NCBI RefSeq assembly: GCF_031769215.1
Contig: NW_026781973.1
Location: 1 to 64,000 of the forward strand
DNA length: 64,000 nt
Source of the DNA: Ylistrum balloti
Taxonomy: Eukaryota
Reading direction: 5' to 3'
In this document: one piece after another, positions 26,001-37,091 of the stretch
Layout of the letters: each line of letters begins with the position of its first letter
Numbering within the stretch: the first letter of the stretch is position 1
Program-made: the position numbers and the translations under genes
Notes under the pieces: generated by a model
Told to the model about the DNA's origin: nothing
The model's database searches: none
Seen by the model: the letters and a program-made list of their open reading frames with translations, nothing else

Positions 26001-29000
26001 ATTCAAGTTGCGCTCTATCATCAGTGAAGGCAGTTTTCTGTTGAGCCACTATTAAATCATGGTTATCTTGAATTCTATGTAACTGATCTTTTGTCAGTTT
26101 CACTTCCTCCTTTAAGAGTTCTACTTGATTGCGTAACCTAATATTTTCATCTGTCATTTCGTGTTCATTTCCCATAAAACTGTTGAGTTCGGTTTCCACT
26201 TTGTTGAGTTTACTTTTCAATTCAGAGTTTTCTCGCCTCTCTCTCTCGAGTTGGTCTGATGTAGAGTGTGAGTGAGTTAGTTTTGTCCTGTAACAGAAAA
26301 GAAATAATGTAAAATATCTGTAAAAATAGAAGAGATGCCAACACAAAATTACATAGCAAATTTACCTACATGATACTCTTACATAAATTATGGTGTATTT
26401 ATATATATAGCCCAGGTTAAAGAACTCTTTGCCAAACCTATTCCATTTCTGGGGCACAACCAAAAGATGTTCAGGTCTCAACACTTCCAAACCTGCTGCC
26501 TTACCTCAATACACCAAGTTAGTATGTATCACAGGTTGTTTTATATTGCTTTACGGAGCTTAAAATTCTTGTCTAGAACTGTATCACAGGTTGTTTTACT
26601 TTTCTTTACATGGAAGGAGAAACATTTGCCTAGAACTGTATTAGTCACATAATGAATTATATAATCTTACATAGTGCAAATTTTGATGTTTTGTTTTTTT
26701 TCCCCAACCCAAATTAATAAAATGTAACTATTATTCCTCAAGAAACATGACATCTGCTGGTGAAATATATAACTGAATTTAACAATTTGTTATATGATGT
26801 CAGATGTGATATCATTACTATACAACAATTAAGATTATGTCACTGATTCCAGCACCTTTGAAAAGACAGAGACCAAATTAAATGGTTTTCCATAGCATAT
26901 ACTGATATTTTTGTTTGCTTGAGATTTTCACAGGAGAAAAATATTAAATATCCTTTATAGACTAAACAGGGATATCTGCTGCACATTAAATATCCTTTAT
27001 AGACTAAACAGGGATATCTGCTGCACATTAAATATCCTTTATAGACTAAACAGGGATATCTGCTGCACATTAAATATCCTTTATAGACTAAACAGGGATA
27101 TCTGCTGCACATTAAATATCCTTTATAGACTAAACTGGAATATCTGCTGCACATTAAATATCCTTTATAGACTAAACAGGGATATCTGCTGCACATTAAA
27201 TATCCTTTATAGACTAAACTGGGATATCTGCTGCACATTAAATATCCTTTATAGACTAAACAGGGATATCTGCTGCACATTAAATATCCTTTATAGACTA
27301 AACTGGAATATCTGCTGCACATTAAATATCCTTTATAGACTAAACAGGGATATCTGCTGCACATTAAATATCCTTTATAGACTAAACAGGGATATCTGCT
27401 GCACATTAAATATCCTTTATAGACTAAACTGGGATATCTGCTGCACATTAAATATCCTTTATAGACTAAACAGGGATATCTGCTGCACATTAAATATCCT
27501 TTATAGACTAAACTGGGATATCTGCTGCAAAGTAAATTGGAATCATACTTTATAACAAGAAGTTCTCGTTCAGCAATATCCTTCTGGTCCATGGCAGCAC
27601 GAATCCTTTCTTCTGTTTTTTCTCTCTCTGCATGTTTTTGAGCCTCCTCATCAATTTTCCTTCGCTCGATTTCTTGTAATTTAGTTTCCATGGCAAGCCT
27701 GGAGAAGTTCACATATTGAAATTTAGAGATACCTTTGAATATTGGTCTAGACAATAAAAATTATTTTCCTACCTTTGATTATTAGTCTTGACAACAAGAA
27801 TTATTTTCCTACATCTACTAGGTACTAGATACACCAAATCTATTGCAGAATATGTGTATATCCCCTTCCCATGGAAAATAGTACTAGATTTATAAGCTCT
27901 TTTGTCTGTTAACGTTAGCATTATTGGTGCTACTAAAACAAATATACATTACACATGTCAAGGTACCCCATTCATATCTATATCTAAAAGAGATGTTCTC
28001 TAAATGTTTAACTGGCTATCAATGAAACTGGGACCTTACTTCTCACTCTCCAGTTTTGTGAATTTTTCAAACTCTTCTTCACGTGCTCCCTGAACACGGC
28101 GCACTGCCTCCCTCTCTTTCTCTGCAAGCCCCCGTGACTGCTGGTCAATGGTGTGTTTAGAAATTTCCAGTTTTGTTTGAAGATCTGCCAAAAGTCAGCA
28201 ACAGTGTGAAGGGTCATTCATCTCAGCAATTAACACAAATAATACAGATTTTGTGGATTTGAAACAATGCTTTAAAAGACAGAATACTGCTGCAACATAT
28301 AGAGATCAGTGAAAGAAACACAGATACTTTTGTATCCACACTTGGATTGCAATGCAGATAGGTTTTTGAATTGCAATGCTTAAAAAAAAAATTAAAATCT
28401 TTCTTTTGCAAATGTTTGAAGCGTAGAAACTTGTCTAGAAAATACACTTTACTTGTATAACTTTCATACACTATGGAACTTGATTAAATTGATGATTTAC
28501 ATAATTACAATGTTAAATCAAACTGTACAGAATCAGACACTGCAGGGGCCCAATACATCAGTTCAGTACCATTAAATGTCTACCAGCCAATGTGCCTTTC
28601 TTTGTGATGGAAACTCAAAGCTGAGCAGTTAGATATTCACAAAGTTTTTTGTGATGTCAGTTACTGACTTTATCTTACCATCGATGAGGTTGGATAGTCT
28701 GTCACGATCACGCTCCAGATCCCCTCTCTGTTTCAGCATGTCCATCTTCAGATTAGTGAGATCTACCTTGCTCTTATGTGATACCTCATCTGCTTGATTT
28801 TTTAGCTGAATGTTTTCCCGCTCCACTTCATGTGTACGAGAAATCAGCTTATTGTGAGTGTCTCCTGTGGCTGACAAGTCTCGCTGGAGCTGCTCAACTT
28901 GTTTACGCAGTGACTCCCTCTCTGTCTGTAAACATCAAAATGCAATGACACACTAGCAATTCCTTTCTGTGAGAAAAACATGAAAATACATTATTCTTCA

Positions 29001-31552
29001 CACTTACGAAACCTCAGGTTGCCAGCACTTACAAGACCAAGATGTACCATATGACACCACATTGATTTTTAAAACAAAATATCCAATTCAAAAGCAGATA
29101 AAGCTTTCAACAATCAACAGAATAATGGCCATGTGAAAAATTAAAAGAAAAATTCCAGTCATGTACAGGTATGTGTACTTTTTATGACTAAAATCCATTT
29201 ATTGGTAAGTAAATGTTTGTCACATATTTTACATTTCTTCAATGTGCATATTACCATGCACTTTATTTTTGACCTACAATCATTCAATTGAAACTAATTC
29301 TGTTATCTTAATAGGTTTTGTAAACATGATTGACATGATGAAAAGTGATCTGTACAGATTTATCACACTCCCTTTCTCTAGGATTTCATACCTCCATAGA
29401 CTTAATGGATGCTGTGAACTCAGCAATCTGTTTGGCCTGTACACGATTGAGGTGGTCCACATCAAAGTTCTGTTTCTCTCTCTGAGCCTGAATCTCCTCC
29501 ATTTCTGTGGTCAAGCTCTTTAGCTTCAGATGCATCTGAGCATTCTCACGTTGCAAGACACGTACCCGCTCTGAGTCTAGATTGCCTTCTGCCTTCATTT
29601 TAGTCAAAGTCACCTCTCGCTCTTTCCTCAGATTTGACACCTGTAACAATTACTGAGCTTATACGATGGATCTGGACATTTACCTCATATGTGTTATAGA
29701 TATAATACAGAAATTATCAAGAAATTACTCTAAAATTTATTCTATGGAGAATACAAACTTACAGTGTACATGAACATTACTTCATCATACAGAACTAAGA
29801 TTTACTCTTAAATAACTGAATCATTGCAATCACTTTTTCTACATCAATTCAAATCAATAATAATCAAATGCTCCTTGGTCAATATTATCCTAAAGATTTG
29901 ACATGTATAGAATGATTTCATATTTTCACCAAGAAAGAATACAAGTTTCTTCTTTCCAAATATAAATAATAACATAAGTATTGTCTTATCAGCATTTTTT
30001 CACCATAACAACCAACCCACCTCTGCCTCTTGTTGTAATCGTATTTCCTCTAGAATGCGCTGGTTTTCTAACTTGTCATGTTCAAACTCAGACTTAACAA
30101 ATGCGAGCTCGTACTTGAGTTTAGTACAGGTAGTTTTAAACTCATCTAACTCTGCCTCCTGCTTGTGGTACTTCTCTTTGTAGGTTTTTTCCATATCATC
30201 TACCACCTGCATCTTCAAGATCTCCAAACGTTGGGGTGTCACCACCTAACCAATAAATATTACAACAGGAATTTATTATTCTCAGAAAACTTTATAAAGT
30301 AAAACTATGTACATCATGACATCTAGGGTGTGATTCCCTGAACAGACATGATTAGATATGGGATCAACTATGTGGGGTTTTCCTGGTTGCTCACTGTACT
30401 CTTGTTTTCTCCCACAGTAATATCCCCCATCTGAGCAAACAAGTAGTTAAAGTGATTAACATAGACTTAAAGCTTGTATCACCATAATTGTGAAATAAAC
30501 AAAGTTTACATTTTCATATTCTACTACACCATAATATTCTCAGATAAACTACATTGCGTTTCTGACAACAATTCAACCATGTACTGGGTTGGTGTATTAG
30601 TTAAATAAATCTTACCTCAGAGTTGACATTGTGTCGGTTTTGTATTACAAATAATCTACCAAATGTGTTTTTTTCTTATTGCATAAGCATGTACATGTAC
30701 TATGTACTCAAACAAGAATGCATGTTTTATCAAAGATTTAGCGACTCAGATTTTTATAATGCATGCAACTGGGAATACAATTTAAGGAAATACAACAATT
30801 TGAGCATTTTCAATTCTGAAAGTCATAGTAATCTTCTGTAAATTGAGAGTGTTGTGAAACTTGACTATTTTAAACTATCTTATCACATTTTCCTACCTTA
30901 CTGCGAAGCTCCTCCAGCTGTTCAGATTTGATTGTCAGATCTTTCCTTGCTTGTTCATACATTGTTTTGTATTTCTCTTGCACAATCTTACTCTCCTCAA
31001 TGGTGTGCTTAATTTCATCTTCCAGTTTAGAGTATTCATCTTGCAATCTATAATAACCATACATCAACAGAATTGGAATGATTTCATTGATAACTCTGGC
31101 TGATACATGTCAATTTAGTGTTACATGTACATCTTCCATTTCTTTTCAGTCGAGACATCATGTCATAGTCTAAAGAAGAAGTTACCTCACATATAGAATA
31201 TATTCTTATTTCAGAAATTTAATCAATACATTGCTGCAGTTATTGATTTATTGGAGTATCTCATCTCACAACACTAAATCCTTTATGGAAACAATATGCC
31301 CATTCATCATAATCATAATTCTAAATACTGTATTTCAACAAACCTTCTATGTTCTTGTTTTAACTGTTCATAGTTTGTTCTGTGCATTTGACTTCGCATC
31401 CGCTCATCAGCTAACATTTTTTGCAGTTCTGTTTCGGTTGTTATTTGGGGGAGTTTTTGAGCCAAGTTTTGTCCAGGGGAGGGAGGCAGAGGTGGAAGGC
31501 TTGCATTTAAACCAGCCCCTCCAGAGGCTCCCAAGAAGCTCCCACTTGCCAT
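20025..31552 (-). CDS. CEP83: Centrosomal protein of 83 kDa (CCDC41), 11 coding exons, ~774 aa
   Basis: Minus-strand exons 31552-31344, 31047-30897, 30245-30021, 29640-29392, 28925-28679, 28184-28040, 27698-27549, 26287-25924, 24919-24819, 24046-23851, 20312-20025. All GT-AG and phase-compatible; total 2325 nt. Matches to CEP83 as I recall it: ELQKMLADERMRSQMHRTNYEQLKQEH, VTPQRLEILK, KLKYELAFVKSEFEH, KDLQRRHGEFR, HQEDLRLLKQRL. Coiled-coil throughout. The true ATG is 31552; the track's 31555 is GTG. Confidence 0.93.
21666..22647 (-). mobile_element. Full-length Helentron/HINE-like non-autonomous element in the last CEP83 intron
   Basis: Canonical-type ends: AAGGGGTCCAATGGGCCTGCATTGTTCACCTG at one end and AAGCTCACTTGGCCCTTCAAGCCAGGTGAGCTAATAA at the other. 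GACA microsatellite remnant at ~22583. Three internal ~150-160 bp tandem cores (CCTAGGAA..CCAAATATCATGC). Confidence 0.7.
24121..24344. mobile_element. Foldback MITE
   Basis: Perfect 18-bp inverted repeat (AAAGGATCTGACAACATC at 24156-24173; GATGTTGTCAGATCCTTT at 24284-24301). Inner and outer imperfect IRs. TTAA at both ends. Confidence 0.6.
25669..25833. mobile_element. 165-bp MITE with CAGG(A/G)CTCTC TIRs and 5-bp TSD
   Basis: Ends CAGGACTCTC and GAGAGCCCTG. TAATT at 25664-25668 and 25834-25838. Internal TTCCCAAT repeats. Confidence 0.65.
26945..27529. repeat. 42-bp minisatellite, 14 copies, in CEP83 intron 7
   Basis: Unit TAAATATCCTTTATAGACTAAAC(A/T)GG(G/A)ATATCTGCTGCACAT. Confidence 0.97.
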
Positions 31553-32287
31553 CACGTTGGTGTATTATATATTATCTTTACCTGCAATAAAATAATTGTT
31601 ATCATATCTTAAGTCTCATAGACTGGAAGCAACCTTCCTTCATTAAAGGCCAAAATGGTGCCTGAAATTCCAGCACATCCAAAAATTCTACTTCTTAATT
31701 TCAAGATCTAAAATCCTAACAGAGCGACATAAATAAAACCTATTCCTGGCCTGATACCTCTAGCTCTCTGTATGTCTTCAAAATTATTTATTTTGTTGTT
31801 ATGTATTTTCGTATAAGCCTGCATTGACAAAATCTTCAATACAATGTAACAGGTAAATTAAACTGGTACAAGTTAGGCCTAGATGATCACAGTCGCAAAA
31901 TGCTAACAGACAAAATGATAGAGTATATATTATTGCAGAATATGCGTGAGAACAAAACTACTTACTTTAAGAGAATTACTGTGCAGTCTATGTGTCAATA
32001 TACATGATTCTATACGAAAGGAAATGGTTTCATTTTCAATGAACTGCTGACCGAATTCGAATCTCAAATTCAAAACATGCCTGAACACATCTCTTAAGTT
32101 CCCGGCTTAAATTGACGATCTAAATATGAGTGATGAGTAGGAATCATTACATCGTTAATCACATATCATATAAATGTTGAACCAAGAAAAATAACCTACC
32201 CCTTATCGCTCAATAGGCAAAATATATATATTCACGAACCAACACAACATTATGTTTACACTGTTCAAAAAATGTCAACACTAAAGC

Positions 32288-32299
32288 TGCGCATGTGCA
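32288..32299. promoter_or_regulatory. NRF1-like site in the probable CEP83 bidirectional promoter
   Basis: TGCGCATGTGCA is one mismatch from the TGCGCATGCGCA palindrome, and lies in the locally GC-richer segment upstream of CEP83. Confidence 0.35.
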
Positions 32300-33409
32300 A
32301 GCATATATTCCGGTCATGTTATAACGGTCTGATTAAATGACGGAGCCGAACCATGATCCAGGTCGACAACAGTGAAAGAGTTCGGGATAACAGTATGCAC
32401 GTCTCCAAGAGAGCAAATCTGGAAAATGAGTAAATTCTAACGTAAATTTAGATTTAGCCTATCAGTGTTAAATAATCAATACCTGATACTCCTAGTTTAC
32501 ATTCTTATAATTCTAAAAAGAAAAAAAGAAAAACTTTCATTTCTTCAGTGGATGACTCTGTGCATTTAGAACAATGATGCATAATTTATGAAAAGATGGT
32601 TATGTAGAAGTAAAGGTAGAAAATATGAATGTTATAAGAATAATGTCTATCATTTCGTGCATAGATGTATAATACCGCGGGGTAATAAACTGTCTATATC
32701 TGTTTATCACTTGGTAACACTATAAGCAGCATAGTGATTCCAGTTAACTAGCCTTGCTGTGTAAATAAACCATTTTCTCCAAAAGTACATAACTAATCCT
32801 TTTTAAAACATACAGAAGCTTGATATTTTTCAAATTGATTGTATAGCACTTCCTGCATGAAAAATGTCAGATAATTTTTGAACGGATGGCATTAAGCTGA
32901 TTTTCCTATTGATTTAGTCGTGTAATTATGTGATAGTCATATTAACTTATTAGTGTAATTTTTTTTACGAAAATGAAATTCGCTTTTTTTCCTGGTCGAA
33001 TGGCTCTGGTCAGACCGGGTCAGTGCCAAGTTCACACTAACTATAGCATAGTAATGAATGGGGGCACAATTAGACAAGATTAGATAAATAACAACCGTAA
33101 GAAGAGGGCATAAACGAAAACGTATATTTTATTATCTTTGTATTATTCAGCTGGTTGGAACCTGGTAAGTAAACTTGCCTTGGCATGTCTGTTGAGGTTT
33201 TATTCGAAAAAAAAACAAAACAAAACAAACAAAGATTTCGTCAAGTTAATGTAATTGTTAGATACAAAATAAAGCCATGTCACAAACTACCTACGTACTT
33301 TGTACCTCTCAGACTCCAGTCCGGAACTAAAAATTACAAACGACGAAAAAAATCGAAGTTAGTCATAGCAATATACCATTAACCTATCGATAATAGCTGA
33401 TGAACCACT

Positions 33410-34350
33410 TTTTCGCCACCGTTGTGTTACCGATGACTCGCCGGTGTTATACCGAGGCGACACCGTTGTGTTACCGATGATTGGCCGATGTTATACCTAG
33501 GCGTCGCCGTTGTGTTACCGATGATTCGCCGGTGTTATACCGAGGCGTCGCCGTTGTGTTACCGATGATTGGCCGATGTTATACCGAGGCCACAGCGTTG
33601 TGTCACCGGTGATTGGCCGATGTTATACCGAGGCGTCGCCGTTGTGTTACCGATGATTCGCCGATATTATACCGAGGCCACACCGTTGTGTTACCGATGA
33701 TTCGCCGATGTTATACCGAGGCCACACCGTTGTGTTACCGATGAATCGCCAATGTTATACCGAGGCCACACCGTTGTGTTACCGATGATTTGCCGATGTT
33801 ATACTACCTAGGCATCACCGTTGTGTTACCGATGATTGGCCGAAGTTATACTAACTAGGCGACACCGTTGTGTTACCGATGACACGCCGGTGTTATACCG
33901 AGGCGTCGCCGTTGTGTTACCGATGATTGGCCGATGTTATACCTAGGCGACACCGTTGTGTTACCGATGATTTGCCGAAGTTATAATACCGAGCCGTCGC
34001 CGTTGTGTTACCGATGATTCGCCGATGTTATACCGAGGCCACACCGTTGTGTTACCGATGATTGGCCGATGTTATACCGAGGCGACACCGTTGTGTTACC
34101 GATGAATTGCCAATGTTATACCGAGGCGTCACCGTTGTGTTACCGATGATTCGCCGATGTTATTTCGAGGCGACACCGTTGATTTACTAATGATTCGCCG
34201 GTGTTATACCTAGGTGTCGCCGTTGTGTTACTGATGATTGGCCGATGTTATGCTGAGTTATCACCGTTGTGTTACCGATGATTCGCCAATGTTGTGCCGA
34301 GGCGTCGGCGTTGTGTTACCGATGATTCGCCGATGTTATACCTAGGCGCC
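33410..34350. repeat. CpG-rich 44-bp tandem array (~21 copies), a dimer of a 22-bp monomer
   Basis: Unit CCGTTGTGTTACCGATGATTCG + CCGATGTTATACCGAGGCGTCG; period measured from 33421 to 33465. Confidence 0.96.
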
Positions 34351-34700
34351 ACTGTTGATTGGAGCTCTAGAGATGTGATGTCGCTAAGAACGATAGTACA
34401 TCTTTAGCATACTTGTATATGACAGGACTAAAGTAACACGCCACAAATACTGTATATACCAGAGAGTCGCCCGATCTATTTTCGAGACTTGACTCATGCT
34501 CTACCCTTATAATTAAACGAAACCATACCAGGGTACTGCCGTTGATGTTACAAAAATGTTGGAGCATCGCCTGTCGTTGCTTCTGTTTTTACCGTTGTTT
34601 TGACGATTTCCGACAATGCACTACTAACCAGTCTTAGTGATGTTATATCGATACAGCAATAGTACCGACCTCGTACTGTAAATTACGGTTATATATATTA

Positions 34701-35012
34701 TCATATATACAACATGGTCTGCAAAATGACGCAAAAATAGCAAGTTATGAAACCAATGACTTGGAGGAGAAACATATTTATGGGTATATATAATTTATAT
34801 CGTGACTGCTGTAATTTTGTGGGTCTTTTCAGACCTTGTACGTGATTTAAAACATATGGAACAAGATCCCATATAAACCACACGTTTATACTGCGGTGTA
34901 TACGGAGGCGAAATCGTGAAGAAGATCGAGTTTCTGGTCGAAAAGAATCTTTGCCGAAAATATCTCCCAACATGCTATTGACATACCGTGTCTCTCTCTT
35001 GGTTGACTTCAT
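34701..35012 (-). CDS. Possible 103-aa small protein with a hydrophobic C-terminus
   Basis: ORF with acceptor (TTTTGATATAG|) just upstream and a strong donor (AAG|gtaagc) at ~35170. C-terminal YIPINMFLLQVIGFITCYFCVILQTMLYI is TM-like. No homology recognised. Confidence 0.25.
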   Translation of the reverse strand: MKSTKRETRYVNSMLGDIFGKDSFRPETRSSSRFRLRIHRSINVWFIWDLVPYVLNHVQGLKRPTKLQQSRYKLYIPINMFLLQVIGFITCYFCVILQTMLYI

Positions 35013-35314
35013 ATGGGTCTATATCAAAACAGGTCACAGAGACCATGCCAAGTCCATTACTGTCATATGTCTTAACTTTAGATAAAAAATACTTTATTGA
35101 CCATGTCCATGGTATATACCGATCGGAATTGGAAATCGATGAACACGGTATTTTATCTTAGACGCTTACCTTGATATTTTCCTACAACGAAATCAACAGG
35201 AACAGCGTGCCATCAATTTGTATGTGAAGCGTGAATTTTTCATTTTTCTAATTGTATATTTCCCTTTTCTACATACCAACATTCCTGCTTAGAGTCGGCC
35301 AGGCTCGTTCCATA

Positions 35315-36115
35315 AAGGACACTGCGGAAATCTTTGTGTCAAAATTCGGGAGCGAGAGAAATGCGTCAGTCAGTCTGTTCAGACCGCACATGTGATTTAT
35401 GCGGAAGTCAGTCAAGACTCATTCTAGGGAGTACTGCGTAATTCCCTCTAAGAAGATTTGCTGCGAGAAATATCAATGGAGTCCACCTGTCTAGATTCAC
35501 CGCGGAGGGCAATATGGAAGAAGCCTTTCTAGGATCGCTCCGGAGGGTAATGCGGAAGTGTGTATGTAAAGACTTCCTCCGGAGAATAATGCGGAAAGGT
35601 GTCTGTAAAGGCTTCCTCCGGGGGGAAATGCGGAAAGGTGTCTGTCTAGACTTCCTCCCGAGAGTAATGCGGAGGTGCACCTGTCAAGACTTCCCCCGGA
35701 GAGTAATGCAGAAGTGCGCCTGTCTAGACTCACTCATGAGAATGACAAGAAAGTCCTCCTGCCAGACTCGCTGCAAAGAGTATCACGGAAGTCCGTCTGT
35801 ATAGGATTGCTCCGGAGAGTAAAGCAGAAATCAATCTGTCAAGACTCATTCCAGCGAGTATTGGAATTGTCCCTCTGTCCAGACTAGCTCTGAAAATTAT
35901 AAAGGGATCTATCTGGCGAGGATCGCTCCGTGGAGCGACGGAAGTCCATCTGTCAAGACTCTCTCCGGAAAGTATTGCGGCGGTCCATATTGCCAGACAC
36001 GCTCTCGGAAATAATGCGGATTGAACTCCATCAAGAATCGCTCTGGAGAATAATACATTAGCTCTGGAGAGTAATGCAGAAGACAATTTGCATACTCTCG
36101 CTCCTGAGAGTAATG
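35315..36115. repeat. Highly diverged 39-bp tandem repeat (~18-20 units)
   Basis: TAATGCGGA-type anchors recur every 39 bp (35548, 35587, 35626, 35665, 35704). Confidence 0.85.
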
Positions 36116-37091
36116 TCCATATTGACCAGAAATTTTAAACGTTATGTTAAAAAGGCGGGTAAAACGGACCTGTCGACAAACTTGTGAAAGTTATTACAAA
36201 AGGAGATAAAAAATATAAGACGAGGAAACCTTGGATGGGATTTATAAACGGGAGAAAACTTCAGGTCCCCCGGTAAGGGACTTGTGACCTAATCAATTTA
36301 AAACGTAGCCAAATATGTTGCTAATTGATAATCATTGTACAATAAGTCAAACAAAGTAATTATTTGTTAGAGTAGGTTAACCATAACTTCCCAGACCGGA
36401 ACTTTGGGAGGAGGCAATTGAAACATTAAACGCACCACGTGATAATTGCGTCTCGGTAGCGATACTAACAGACAAAAGGATGGAAACTTGAAAGATCTGT
36501 TAGATATCCAATGTAGGATTACATTATTTCAAACAGGTAAATAATCATTTATATACGTGATACACATTCCAAATTCGGGTGTACTTCCACCCTAGATTTT
36601 TCGGCGATGGCTCTTTTTCAGTGTATTAAGGTGGAATATACTGACACAAGACTTTCATTCTTTAATGGTTGTGTGGTTTTAATTGATAACAAGCAAAGCT
36701 TATAAAATTGTAGTTTTCCTAATAATTGCATCATTTTTGCATCGTTGATAATCTTTCTTTGATTCAAAACCATCAGATAAACTATGTTTAATCCAATACG
36801 TGGATGATGTGTTTTCCTAATTCGACTAACAAAAAACATGTTCAGGGTAGCAATAAGCTGCAAATTCATCTTGACATTCACAGACAATGATGATATCAAC
36901 ACAACTGATATCCACCGGGCAAGGACAAGCCGAGTTTAGGAAAACAAAAAATCAATAACGCGTTTGTCTTATGTATCGGATTTTATCATGCATTCCATTC
37001 AGGAAAACATGTTATTGTTACCTGACCGCATAGTCATTTTTGAAAAAGCGACCAAAACGAATTCCGCAATCGCTATTCATGTCAGTTGCAT

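Larger units (their letters stand above)
32353..36140 (+). pseudogene. Probable decaying repetitive-protein gene divergent from CEP83
   Basis: Exon 32353-32429 (ATG...GA|gtaaat) joins microexon 33151-33164 (ttattcag|...|gtaagt) in frame. Strong acceptor at 35291-35294, then a 39-bp repeat whose best frame reads ~PESNAEVxLSRL(P/A), with several stops and frameshifts. Confidence 0.4.

Noticed and set aside
27684-27697. Near-perfect RFX X-box GTTTCCATGGCAAG in a ciliary gene
   Set aside because: Lies inside CEP83 coding exon 7, ~4 kb from the start, and is explained by the codons for L-A-M-E-T.
26840-27754. 304-aa ORF as an independent gene
   Set aside because: It is CEP83 exon 7 plus the intronic 42-bp repeat; a good donor (AA|gtatga) restores the CEP83 frame with the next exon.
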